Notes: a model not told the origin generated them from the sequence alone. A stretch of 64,000 nt of DNA from an uncultured Candidatus Saccharibacteria bacterium (GCA_964648765.1 CAZYLF010000001.1:229797-293796); one strand, 5' to 3'; positions 24,520 through 33,636 are shown, numbered from the stretch's first letter. Translations and numbers: made by a program.

Positions 24520-26172
24520 ATGAAAAAAGATAACGAAAAAATAAAATACTTTGTCTATGTGCGAAAATCTACCGAGGGCGTAGAGCGACAAGCACTCTCC
24601 ATTCCTGCACAGAAAGACCAGCTCGTAAAAGTGTTTGGACACTTGGATATTGAGTTCGTGGAAGACCGAGCAAGTGCTTTCAAGCCATTCAACCGCCCAG
24701 CTTTTGCAGATATGCTTGAGCGTATAAGAAAAGGAGAAAGGACTGGGCTTATTGCTTGGCATCCAGACCGCCTTTCACGAAATGAAAAAGACGCTGGCGA
24801 AATAACTTATATGATACGCACTGGCGTGATTGCAGAACTCAAGCTCGCTACCTACCAGTTTGAAAACACTCCCGAGGGTATTTGGATGCTCCAGATGGCA
24901 CTCTCTCAATCTCAATACGAAAGTGCAAAGAAAGGGCGAGACGTGAAGCGTGGGCTTGAACAGAGTGCAAAAATGGGCTTTTACCCTGCACCAGCACCTC
25001 TAGGTTACTTGGATGACAAATACAGCGAACGAGGTAAGAAAAAGAAATTGCCAGACCCAGACAGATTTGACCTTGTTCGTAAGATGTTTGATTTGATGCT
25101 CACTGGAGAACATACCCCACCTCAAATCAGAAGAATAGTGAACGAGGAGTGGGGGTTCAGAGGACCATACGGAAAAAAGATGAGTAACAGTGCCATCTAT
25201 AACCTTTTTACTCGCACATATTACTACGGCGAGTTTGAGTATCCTGTCGCAAGTGGAAAGTTTTACATTGGAAGTCATAAGCCGATGATTACCAGAGACG
25301 AGTACGAGAGGATACAGATATTGCTCGGTAGGAAAAATGCAACGAGATTGAAACAGCACGATATTATTTACCGAGGTCCAATGAGGTGTGGCGAATGTGG
25401 GGCGATGATTACTGCCGAAGAAAAGACAAAATATCAGAAGAACGGAAACACACATCACTACACCTACTACCACTGCACAAAGAGAAAGGACCCTAACTGT
25501 TCTCAAAAATCTATTGAGGAAAAGGAGCTTGAAAAACAAATTGCTAAAGAGCTTGGAAAGATAGAGATACCTGCGGACTTCAAAAACTGGGCTCTGGCAC
25601 GCTTGAAAACACAAAACTCACAAGAGGTTGATGACAGAGAAAAGATATATGGGTCCCAGAGGCGTGGATATGAGGCAGTAGTGCGAAAAATAGACAACCT
25701 CATTGATATGCGTGCAGACCAAGAAATAACCGAGGATGAGTTCAAACACAGAAAAGAAGTGTTGCTTGCAGAAAAATCCAAGTTCAAAGAGCTCCTCAAG
25801 GATACAGACACAAGAATTGATAAGTGGCTTGAGATAGCAGAGCGTGGCTTCAATTATTCAGAAAAAGCATCGGCTGTTTTTGCAGACATTGAAGACCCAA
25901 ACACTCTTGAAGCCAAGAAAGAGATATTTGCCACATTAGGTTCGGACCTCATCCTAAAAGACAGAATGTTGAGCTTTGAGTGGGATAAACTGCTATTTCC
26001 AATAAAAGAGATGGCAAAAGAGGTTCGTGGTATTCACGAAAGGTTAGAACCTCCGAAAAAGCCAATGACTACAAAGGAAATGGAAGAAATCTACTCACAA
26101 AATCCTAGATTGCTGCCGGCCAGGGACTCGAACCCCAATACCATCCTCCAGAGGGATGTGTCCTACCATTAG
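24520..26172 (+). CDS. Large serine recombinase (integrase)
   Basis: 'YVRKST' catalytic Ser, 'DRLSRN', recombinase domain, Zn ribbon 'CGECG..YYHCT..C', coiled coil; last 19 aa read antisense through the tRNA. Confidence 0.95.
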   Translation: MKKDNEKIKYFVYVRKSTEGVERQALSIPAQKDQLVKVFGHLDIEFVEDRASAFKPFNRPAFADMLERIRKGERTGLIAWHPDRLSRNEKDAGEITYMIRTGVIAELKLATYQFENTPEGIWMLQMALSQSQYESAKKGRDVKRGLEQSAKMGFYPAPAPLGYLDDKYSERGKKKKLPDPDRFDLVRKMFDLMLTGEHTPPQIRRIVNEEWGFRGPYGKKMSNSAIYNLFTRTYYYGEFEYPVASGKFYIGSHKPMITRDEYERIQILLGRKNATRLKQHDIIYRGPMRCGECGAMITAEEKTKYQKNGNTHHYTYYHCTKRKDPNCSQKSIEEKELEKQIAKELGKIEIPADFKNWALARLKTQNSQEVDDREKIYGSQRRGYEAVVRKIDNLIDMRADQEITEDEFKHRKEVLLAEKSKFKELLKDTDTRIDKWLEIAERGFNYSEKASAVFADIEDPNTLEAKKEIFATLGSDLILKDRMLSFEWDKLLFPIKEMAKEVRGIHERLEPPKKPMTTKEMEEIYSQNPRLLPARDSNPNTILQRDVSYH

Positions 26173-26183
26173 ACGAGCCGGCA
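26113..26183 (-). tRNA. trnQ: tRNA-Gln (CTG), CCA not encoded
   Basis: TGCCGGC/GCCGGCA acceptor stem, D-loop TAATGGTA, anticodon arm CATCC-CTCTGGA-GGATG, T-loop GTTCGAGTC. Confidence 0.95.
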
Positions 26184-26244
26184 ATGATGTCCACAATCTA
26201 ACACAATATTGGTAGTTTATGAAGACGTAAAAGGGGTGGAGGGG

Positions 26245-26892
26245 CTAAGCTTTCTCTAACGTAAAGATATACACCAACGATCCAACTTCTTCTGAATCTC
26301 TAATTTTTAAACCTGCTTTAATGGCTAATTGGCTGAATTCTTCTTTTGAAAATTGTTCAGAGGTATATGTTTCGTCTTTCCCATTAATTACTACGCAGCT
26401 ATTTTGGGTGACCTCCTTTATTGGTAAACCGATTTGTTTATAAATCTCAAGTCTACTCTCGAGCGCTTTTTCAGAATAAACGCTCACAATAATTTTCCCA
26501 TCATCTTTTATAACCCTTTTCATTTCTTCCAGTGCTTTTTGTTTTCCATCAGCTAAATTCACCAAGGTCATTAATAAAAGTGAATAATCAAAAGTTTTTT
26601 CAGCAAACGGGAGATCCAGAGCGTTGGCAACCAAAAACTTGATGTCTGGATGGCCCTCGAGATTTTTCTTCGCGTCTTCAATTGCTTTCGGATCGTTATC
26701 GACTCCAGTAATATCTTGCGTGGTATCTAAAAGCGACACAATATTTCTTCCATCGCCACAACCAATGTCTAAAACTTTAGAGTTTGATTTAATATTCTTC
26801 CTTAAATATTCTTTTTCTTTTGTGAACAGATTCTCAAATTGTGGAGTTGGGGATTTTATTATCAGCTCCCAATAATCAATGTTGGCGCTCAT
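26245..26892 (-). CDS. Class I SAM-dependent methyltransferase
   Basis: VLDIGCGDG, GVD, LPFAEKTFD, EMKRVIK. Confidence 0.88.
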   Translation of the reverse strand: MSANIDYWELIIKSPTPQFENLFTKEKEYLRKNIKSNSKVLDIGCGDGRNIVSLLDTTQDITGVDNDPKAIEDAKKNLEGHPDIKFLVANALDLPFAEKTFDYSLLLMTLVNLADGKQKALEEMKRVIKDDGKIIVSVYSEKALESRLEIYKQIGLPIKEVTQNSCVVINGKDETYTSEQFSKEEFSQLAIKAGLKIRDSEEVGSLVYIFTLEKA

Positions 26893-26987
26893 GCGGAAAA
26901 TCCTAACAGAAAAATCTTTTCGAGTGAAGTCGTTTGAAATAGCTAGGTGTGTTATATTCTATTCTAGTAAAAGGAAAATTAATTTAG

Positions 26988-27476
26988 ATGAAAACTAAAA
27001 TAATTATTTTAATAGTTCTCGCGATAGGTGTAATTTTATTATTTAAATTTCTCGATAAATCTGAAGAGGATTATAAAAATATTGAATACTTAATTGAAGG
27101 TGGAAATGCTCATTACTTTGGCTATGAATTAAAAACTGATTTAGACGCTGATGGTGATGAGGACGTTGTGTTTATCGTCACCCAAGAGCTTGGCGGCTCC
27201 GGAACATTCTTCTACGCTGTTGCTGCGCTTAAAACTGATCATGGATATGTTGGCTCGGATGGATATTTATTAGGAGACAGAATAGCTCCGCAGTCTACTG
27301 AAGTTAGCCCGAATCCCAGACACAAGAATGTGATTGTGGTAAATTACGCCGACCGCGCGGTAGGAGAGCCAATGACCACACCTCCCTCTGTTGGCAAGAG
27401 TGTTTACTTAAAGATCGACTCAGCAAGCATGCGCTGGGGAATCGTAGAGCCAAACTTTGAGGGTGAATCGCGCTAG
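26988..27476 (+). CDS. Hypothetical membrane-anchored protein
   Basis: N-terminal TM; 'DLDADGDED', 'GGSGTFFY', 'LLGDRIAPQ'. Confidence 0.7.
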   Translation: MKTKIIILIVLAIGVILLFKFLDKSEEDYKNIEYLIEGGNAHYFGYELKTDLDADGDEDVVFIVTQELGGSGTFFYAVAALKTDHGYVGSDGYLLGDRIAPQSTEVSPNPRHKNVIVVNYADRAVGEPMTTPPSVGKSVYLKIDSASMRWGIVEPNFEGESR

Positions 27477-27505
27477 CGTAAATTCTGTGCTAAACTACAG
27501 GTAAT

Positions 27506-28423
27506 ATGAAAAATTTAATTATTGTATTGATCGTGATCGTGCTAGTAGGGGTTGGGGCTTACTTTTTAACTCGCCCAGATGGTGAGCCAACACCCACACC
27601 AGATCCAGTAGGAACCATTCCTACACCATTACCAAATGGATCAACCACTCCTCCTGTGGGCACAACTCCAGTAGATGACACCAAAACAGTAATTGGTAAA
27701 TCCGTAGAAGGTCGCGATATTACAGCTTTCCATTTCGGTAAAGGCGCTGATGAACTTATCTTCGTGGGAGGCGTACACGGCGGTTACTCATGGAACACCG
27801 CGCTAGTGGCGTATGAGCTCATGGATTATCTTGGCTCCGCTTCATCCACAACTATTCCGAGTAATGTGAAGGTTACTGTTATCCCAGTTTTTAACCCGGA
27901 TGGTTTATATAAAGTAGTTGGTAAAGAAGGACGTTTTGCTGCAGCCGATGTGCCGACTGCGTCGGGTGCCACAGTGCCTGGGCGTTATAATGCTAATAAA
28001 GTGGACTTAAATCGTAACTTCGACTGCGATTGGGCCGCTACGAGCAAATGGCAAAACACTGATGTGAGCGGAGGCACTGCAGCCTTCTCTGAACCTGAAG
28101 CCCTCGCCTTTAAAAATTATATTGAAAGTAAAAATCCTAAAGCCGTGGTGGTGTGGTATAGCGCCGCCGGCGGAGTCTTCGCTTCAGAATGTCACAACGG
28201 CGTACTTGCCGAAACTCGCACTCTCACTACCGCTTATGCCAAAGCTTCTGGCTACAAACCTTATGAGACCTTCGACTTTTACGAGATCACTGGCGATATG
28301 GTTAATTGGCTTGCAGGTGAGAAGATCCCCGCCATCAGCGTACTTCTCACTGATCACAAAAATACGGAGTGGACTAAAAACAAAGCCGGTATCGACGCTT
28401 TACTTAAAAATTACGCTAAATAG
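27506..28423 (+). CDS. M14 family zinc carboxypeptidase, membrane-anchored
   Basis: IGKSVEGR, GGVHGGY, NPDG, VDLNRNF, FSEPEA; Zn ligands partly degenerate (HGGYS, WYS). Confidence 0.8.
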   Translation: MKNLIIVLIVIVLVGVGAYFLTRPDGEPTPTPDPVGTIPTPLPNGSTTPPVGTTPVDDTKTVIGKSVEGRDITAFHFGKGADELIFVGGVHGGYSWNTALVAYELMDYLGSASSTTIPSNVKVTVIPVFNPDGLYKVVGKEGRFAAADVPTASGATVPGRYNANKVDLNRNFDCDWAATSKWQNTDVSGGTAAFSEPEALAFKNYIESKNPKAVVVWYSAAGGVFASECHNGVLAETRTLTTAYAKASGYKPYETFDFYEITGDMVNWLAGEKIPAISVLLTDHKNTEWTKNKAGIDALLKNYAK

Positions 28424-28431
28424 TTCTCGAG

Positions 28432-29325
28432 GTGAAGAAGTTTTTAATTCTCTTTTTAATCCTTGTAGCGCTCGGCTTGGGCGCTTACTTGGTGTTTAAA
28501 AAGGAACCACCAGCGCCAGTTCCGGCTCCTATCGTGGTCGTTCCGGAACCATCACCTAAACGCGTGGTGATCGGCAAATCAGTGGAGGGTCGCGAGATTG
28601 AGAGCTTTACTTATGGTACAAGTTTACCCGACCAATCGGCGGGTACGAAAAATCTTCTCTTTGTAGGTGGAGTGCATGGCGGTTATGAGTGGAACAGCGT
28701 GCTGCTAGCTTACGAATTCATGGATTATCTCAAAGCTAATCCTGCGGTGGTGCCGAGTAACGTAAGCGTCACAGTAATCCCTTCCCTTAATCCTGATGGC
28801 GTTTTTAAAGTTATAAAAAAAGAGGGGAGATTCGCGCTTGCCGATATCCCGGCTGATGCGGAGGAACCGCTGGGTAAAGGACGTTTCAACGCTCACGACG
28901 TGGATCTCAATCGCAACTTCGATTGTAAATGGCAACCAGAAGCTACTTGGAGACAGCAGAAGGTGAGTGCGGGCACGGCGGCATTTTCAGAACCTGAAGC
29001 CGCGGCCCTTCGCGATTATGTTCTCTCAAGCAAACCTTCGGCGGTAATCTTCTGGCACAGCCAAGCCAATGCCGTTTACGCTTCAGAGTGTGAAGCGGGG
29101 ATTCTCCCCGACACGCGCGAGATTATGAACGCATACTCGCAAGCTTCGGGTTATCCGCCGGTTGACTCTTTCACTGCCTATCCAGTTTCTGGTGATGCAG
29201 AAGGTTGGCTTGCCTCCATCGGCATTCCGGCTATCACGGTGGAACTTAAAACTCATGAGACCATCGAGTGGACCCAAAATCTCGCCGGCACCAAAGCGGT
29301 GATGGATTATTATAAAAATAATTAA
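28432..29325 (+). CDS. M14 family zinc carboxypeptidase, membrane-anchored (paralog)
   Basis: GGVHGGYE, NPDG, VDLNRNF, FWHS, ITVEL. Confidence 0.85.
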   Translation: MKKFLILFLILVALGLGAYLVFKKEPPAPVPAPIVVVPEPSPKRVVIGKSVEGREIESFTYGTSLPDQSAGTKNLLFVGGVHGGYEWNSVLLAYEFMDYLKANPAVVPSNVSVTVIPSLNPDGVFKVIKKEGRFALADIPADAEEPLGKGRFNAHDVDLNRNFDCKWQPEATWRQQKVSAGTAAFSEPEAAALRDYVLSSKPSAVIFWHSQANAVYASECEAGILPDTREIMNAYSQASGYPPVDSFTAYPVSGDAEGWLASIGIPAITVELKTHETIEWTQNLAGTKAVMDYYKNN

Positions 29326-29327
29326 AC

Positions 29328-30077
29328 ATGCTAAATTTTAAACAAATTATTTTCGGGGCGATTGTCGGAATCTTTATTATTAATATCTCACCAGCTCGAG
29401 CCACGGTGGGTGGGCCGACGATTATAAGTGAGGTGAGGGCGAATGCGGCTGGAGAGGTAATTTATGTAGAGCAGAGCATGAGCGGTCGTGGCTGTCCGCC
29501 AATAATCTATTCTCTCAATACTGAAACGGGTGCGAAGAATGTGGTAGTCTCGTGTGATTTATCTGAGCAAAATTTGGATGGTTACACCGAACTTTTTTCT
29601 CAAACCTTAGCGCAATTCCCTGCTGTGCTTGAGTCTGTGGCCTTTGAGAGTATGGGTGTGGAGATGCGCGCGAAGGTAAACGTGGTGCAAGAAGTGGTAG
29701 AGGATTTAGAAAATAATATTTTCCCTCGCACGGACTACAGTGTAGATATTTTAAGAAATGGCGAAAAGTTGGGGACGCTAGAATATTCTGGTTGCCGGCC
29801 AGATCAGGCACATCAATTTAGTGTTTACTCATCAGTAAATCCGGAGAAGTTATTAATTAAATCCACGAGCATTGGTGACTGCTTTGAGGGAGGTTACCTT
29901 GTTGACCGTCTCCATCTTTTGGATGTGCCCACTTCTCCAAACGTGGTGGCAACTACCACGCAAACTGGTGGAGGTTTAGGAATCCCATCCTACGTTTACC
30001 AAATCATCATCGTGCTCATTCTCGGCATTCTCGCCTGGTTTGCATATGGGAAGAAGGGTGGAGAAGGTTCAAATTAA
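29328..30077 (+). CDS. Hypothetical exported protein with C-terminal TM anchor
   Basis: Signal peptide (ARA|TV), four Cys, C-terminal TM. Confidence 0.65.
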   Translation: MLNFKQIIFGAIVGIFIINISPARATVGGPTIISEVRANAAGEVIYVEQSMSGRGCPPIIYSLNTETGAKNVVVSCDLSEQNLDGYTELFSQTLAQFPAVLESVAFESMGVEMRAKVNVVQEVVEDLENNIFPRTDYSVDILRNGEKLGTLEYSGCRPDQAHQFSVYSSVNPEKLLIKSTSIGDCFEGGYLVDRLHLLDVPTSPNVVATTTQTGGGLGIPSYVYQIIIVLILGILAWFAYGKKGGEGSN

Positions 30078-30677
30078 ATGGATCTTAAACAGCAAACAAT
30101 AGAAACTTATAACAAAAGCGCCAAAGCTTTGGCAGATAAGTTTGATAGTTTGGGTGTTCGAGTTTCTGATATTGATGAGACTTTTAAATTGGTAGAGAAG
30201 GAGAATCCTGTGGTTTTAGAGATTGGTTGCGGCAATGGGCGGGATGCGCAGGAAATCTTGAAGCGGACGAACAATTATTTCGGTATTGATATCTCTACTG
30301 AGCTTATAAAATTAGCACAAGAAAAAAATCCTGAAGGCAGATTTAAAGTCGCGGATGTTGAATCATTCCAGTTTCCTGCTGGTGTCGATATTATCTTTGC
30401 TTTCGTTTCTTTGTTGCATGTTAATCGTGAGAGTTTAAAAGATATTATAGGGAAAATATTTAATGCTTTAAACCCGAAGGGTGTTGTAAGAATTTCTTTA
30501 AAGTATGGTGGGGGTTATCGTGAGGTGACTAAAGAAGATGAGTTTGGCGTTCGAACTTACTATTATTATTCCGATCAAGATATTAGAGAACTCTCGAAGG
30601 ATTTTGTAATCATAAAAAATGAGATCAGTAGTTTAAGAGACCAAGATTATCTTGAAGTTATTTTGAAAAAAGTATGA
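30078..30677 (+). CDS. Class I SAM-dependent methyltransferase
   Basis: VLEIGCGNGRD, GIDIS, SLLHV. Confidence 0.88.
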   Translation: MDLKQQTIETYNKSAKALADKFDSLGVRVSDIDETFKLVEKENPVVLEIGCGNGRDAQEILKRTNNYFGIDISTELIKLAQEKNPEGRFKVADVESFQFPAGVDIIFAFVSLLHVNRESLKDIIGKIFNALNPKGVVRISLKYGGGYREVTKEDEFGVRTYYYYSDQDIRELSKDFVIIKNEISSLRDQDYLEVILKKV

Positions 30678-30741
30678 ACATGTTTAAGGCCGTGAAGGTT
30701 GGGTTGGTGATGAGTAAGTGATTTGCTATAGTGGGGGTAAT

Positions 30742-31539
30742 ATGAACAAGCAAATTTTAATTGTTTTAGCAATTATTGTGATCGGATTTGGGGTCTGGTT
30801 TGTGAGTGATAAAAAAGCGCCAGAAGTGGCCGAGGTGAAGAATGCCGACATGATGGATAATGGGAGTGAGGTAGCGATTGTTAAACAAGAGGTGGATTAT
30901 TTTACTGGTGCTAAAGGTTATTTTGTAAAGCCGGAGGTGGCCGGAGTTTACCCGGGCGTGGTGATGATCCACGAGAACAGGGGTTTGCGTCCGGAGATCC
31001 GCGATACGGCTGAGACGCTCGCACGCGAGGGTTATATGGTGCTGGCCGTGGACCTTTTGGGTGGCACAGCTGAAGATCAAACTGGCGCACGGGCTCTAAC
31101 GGCTAATTTTAAGCAAGATGTTGGTGTGGCCAATATGCAGGCCGCGGCTGATTATCTTAAAGAGCAAGGGGCTACCAAACTTGCCTCACTCGGCTGGTGT
31201 TTTGGTGGACGGCAATCGCTTGAACTTGCGATGTCGGGCGAGATGCTTGATGCCACGGTGGTTTATTATGGTGGGGGCATGGCCACCACCACGGCTCGTT
31301 TGGCACCGATCAAGTGGCCAGTGCTCGGCATCTTCGGTGATCAGGATCAGGCAATCCCACTTACTATGGTGGAGCAATTCCGCTCGTCGCTTAATACACT
31401 TGGCGTGCCTAATGAGATCCACATTTACCCTGGAGTCGGTCACGCCTTCGCAAATCCATCTGGCGCCAACTATGCTCCTGAAGCTACGATGGACGCTTGG
31501 AGTAAAACCCTCGCCTTTCTTGAAATAAATCTGAAATAG
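30742..31539 (+). CDS. Dienelactone hydrolase family protein
   Basis: 'VMIHEN.GL', 'GWCFGG', 'FGDQD', 'YPGVGHAFAN'; N-terminal TM. Confidence 0.9.
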   Translation: MNKQILIVLAIIVIGFGVWFVSDKKAPEVAEVKNADMMDNGSEVAIVKQEVDYFTGAKGYFVKPEVAGVYPGVVMIHENRGLRPEIRDTAETLAREGYMVLAVDLLGGTAEDQTGARALTANFKQDVGVANMQAAADYLKEQGATKLASLGWCFGGRQSLELAMSGEMLDATVVYYGGGMATTTARLAPIKWPVLGIFGDQDQAIPLTMVEQFRSSLNTLGVPNEIHIYPGVGHAFANPSGANYAPEATMDAWSKTLAFLEINLK

Positions 31540-31567
31540 TAATAAACTATAGGCACAACTAAATAAG

Positions 31568-31699
31568 TAGTTATTAAGAGTGTGGCGAGAGAATTGGCTC
31601 GATGACCCACCAGCAACCCTTATCAATAAGAAGGTGCTCCCAACCCCGTAAGCGGGGGAAGATAATTTTTTTCCTCTGCATCTCGGGCAGAGTTTTTTT
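31568..31699 (+). promoter_or_regulatory. SAM-I (S-box) riboswitch with terminator expression platform
   Basis: TTATtAAGAG..GGCGAGAGAATTGGCTCGATGA..CAGCAACC..AAGGTGCT..GAAGATAA; terminator CTCTGC..GCAGAG-T7; directly upstream of metK. Confidence 0.85.
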
Positions 31700-31720
31700 A
31701 TTATTAATTATAAAAATATT

Positions 31721-32656
31721 ATGCAAAAAACAGCTGAATTTGTGAGCCCAAGTCATCCAGACAAAAAATGTGATTTTATTGCCGACAGTATTTTAGATGC
31801 GTATCTTAAGGGTGATAAGGAGAGCAGAGTGGCCGTGGAGGTGATGGGCGGACATAAATTAATTTGTGTTAATGGCGAAGTGACGTCATTGGCGAAGCCA
31901 GATATTAAGTTATTGGTAAAACAAATTGTGGGTAGTGAGTACAAAGTAATCGTTAATCTTGTGACACAAAGCAGAGAAATTTCTCAAGGTGTGGACACTG
32001 GTGGGGCTGGTGATCAGGGGATAATGAAGGGCTTTGCAACTTCCGAGACGAAGACTTTAATGCCGAGAGAGTATGAACTTGCGCGCACGCTTTGCCAAAA
32101 AATTTATGAGGTTTACCCATTTGACGGAAAGACTCAAGTAACTTTGGAAGGTGAAAAAATTAAAACAGTGGTGGCGAGTTTTCAAAATAGTAAAAACAAA
32201 GACTTGTTGAATTTGGTGAAAAAAATAGTAAAAGCTGAAGAATATTTTATTAATCCCGCTGGCGAGTGGAAGCAAGGTGGCTTTGATGCTGATACGGGGT
32301 TATCGGGTAGAAAGTTGATCGTGGATAATTATGGTCCAGAGATTACGATTGGTGGTGGGTCATTCTCGGGTAAAGATTACACCAAAGTGGATCGGTCGGG
32401 AGCCTATATGGCCAGGCGCGTGGCGGTGGATTTGCTTAAAGCGCGTAAGGCCAAAAATGTTTATACCAAACTTGCTTATGCGATAGGCAAAAGTGAGCCG
32501 GTGATGGCGGTGGCACTTGTGGATGGCAAGGAAGAGATAATTACGGGTTACGATTTATCTCCACTTGGGATCCGTAAGGCATTAAAATTGGATAAGGTTA
32601 AATATACTAATACTTGTGTTTGGGGACATTTTGGCCGCAAATTCCCTTGGGATTAG
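31721..32656 (+). CDS. metK: S-adenosylmethionine synthetase (compact form)
   Basis: HPDKKCD, GAGDQG, DGKTQV, DTGLSGRKL, GGGSFSGKD.TKVDRS, WGHFG. Confidence 0.95.
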   Translation: MQKTAEFVSPSHPDKKCDFIADSILDAYLKGDKESRVAVEVMGGHKLICVNGEVTSLAKPDIKLLVKQIVGSEYKVIVNLVTQSREISQGVDTGGAGDQGIMKGFATSETKTLMPREYELARTLCQKIYEVYPFDGKTQVTLEGEKIKTVVASFQNSKNKDLLNLVKKIVKAEEYFINPAGEWKQGGFDADTGLSGRKLIVDNYGPEITIGGGSFSGKDYTKVDRSGAYMARRVAVDLLKARKAKNVYTKLAYAIGKSEPVMAVALVDGKEEIITGYDLSPLGIRKALKLDKVKYTNTCVWGHFGRKFPWD

Positions 32657-32675
32657 TTCCGTTGATTTTTAGTAT

Positions 32676-32746
32676 AAAAAAAGATGCCGTAACGTGACGA
32701 TCTTTAGGGGACAGCCCTAAGTAATCATCAAGCGCCACGGCATTTC
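32676..32746. terminator. Long hairpin terminator between convergent genes
   Basis: ATGCCGT...ACGGCAT long imperfect stem with an A7 run. Confidence 0.6.
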
Positions 32747-32757
32747 TATATATTACC

Positions 32758-33111
32758 TCAACGCAGGCTACTGTCAAATAATTGGAGTTGACCCGGCACA
32801 TCTCGGATTCGGCGCCACTCATCCAGTTTTGACCAAAGTCCATCAAGATCTTGGATTAACAGTACTTCCTCCAGAAAATCAATTTTTTCCCCGCGCCAGC
32901 CGCAACCGTAGCAGAAAAAATCATAGAAGCAGGAACCGGGAGGGTAAAGTACTAATGATGCCGTCTTCTCACAATGTTTTACGCACAAACAGTAGAGTTT
33001 GCCATTACCTTGAACCCGGTACTTTATCCCAAGTTGACTCGCGATTTCTTCCCAAGCCAATTTGTTGGCTTCCCGAGAAACTGCTTCTCTTTTGTCGTAT
33101 TCTCTTGCCAC
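32758..33111 (-). CDS. Stand-alone CHC2-type (primase-like) zinc-finger protein
   Basis: 'CLCVKHCEKTASL..FFCYGCG..G..IDF'; GGAGG SD before GTG. Confidence 0.7.
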   Translation of the reverse strand: MAREYDKREAVSREANKLAWEEIASQLGIKYRVQGNGKLYCLCVKHCEKTASLVLYPPGSCFYDFFCYGCGWRGEKIDFLEEVLLIQDLDGLWSKLDEWRRIRDVPGQLQLFDSSLR

Positions 33112-33201
33112 TTTGCACCTCCCTTTCTGCTCTTCAGATTATCATCTAAAAAATTTAAAACAAGAATGGACTTTGGTTAAGATGAAAGGTATATTTTTAC
33201 C

Positions 33202-33630
33202 GTGCTTACTAAATACCTCTCGTTTTCATTTTTCAAACTCTACATTTTTTTGTTCTTTCTTGGCGCCCAATCGTTTTTAGTTTTTTGGATTGGGGTTACA
33301 CTTTTCCTCTTTCCACCTTTCGCGTTGTTTGGATTAATTATGTATTTGTTAATGTTTCTAATCCAAAAGGTTATCCAAACTCGAGCGGGAGAGATGATTC
33401 CAGAAAATATTCAAAAACCAAATACAGCACCAGACCCCTTTTTGCCAATTTTCTTCCTCATTATGATTATCTTCGTTGTGGCTTATATTTTGGTTGTTTA
33501 TTGGATGCAAAATTTAGTTATTGCACATTTTGGCGTGCCAGAAAAAATATTTTCTTACGTCTCCTCATCCCTCAACGCGATTTCCTTCATTCTTTCCTTC
33601 TACTTTTCGTTTGTAACTAAACGGAAATAG
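33202..33630 (+). CDS. Hypothetical membrane protein
   Basis: Three to four hydrophobic helices. Confidence 0.6.
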   Translation: MLTKYLSFSFFKLYIFLFFLGAQSFLVFWIGVTLFLFPPFALFGLIMYLLMFLIQKVIQTRAGEMIPENIQKPNTAPDPFLPIFFLIMIIFVVAYILVVYWMQNLVIAHFGVPEKIFSYVSSSLNAISFILSFYFSFVTKRK

Positions 33631-33636
33631 TTTTCT

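Larger units (their letters stand above)
16872..26115. mobile_element. Integrative element (~9.2 kb) inserted at the tRNA-Gln 3' end; serine recombinase, primase-ATPase and cargo
   Basis: Recombinase abuts and reads through the tRNA; shared CTG core at 16872 and 26113; joining the flanks regenerates TAACTGCCGGCCAGGGACTC, matching the repeat at 16704. Confidence 0.85.

Noticed and set aside
32676-32746. Long hairpins here and at 10650-10704 as independent ncRNAs
   Set aside because: Position after stop codons and U tracts fit long intrinsic terminators.
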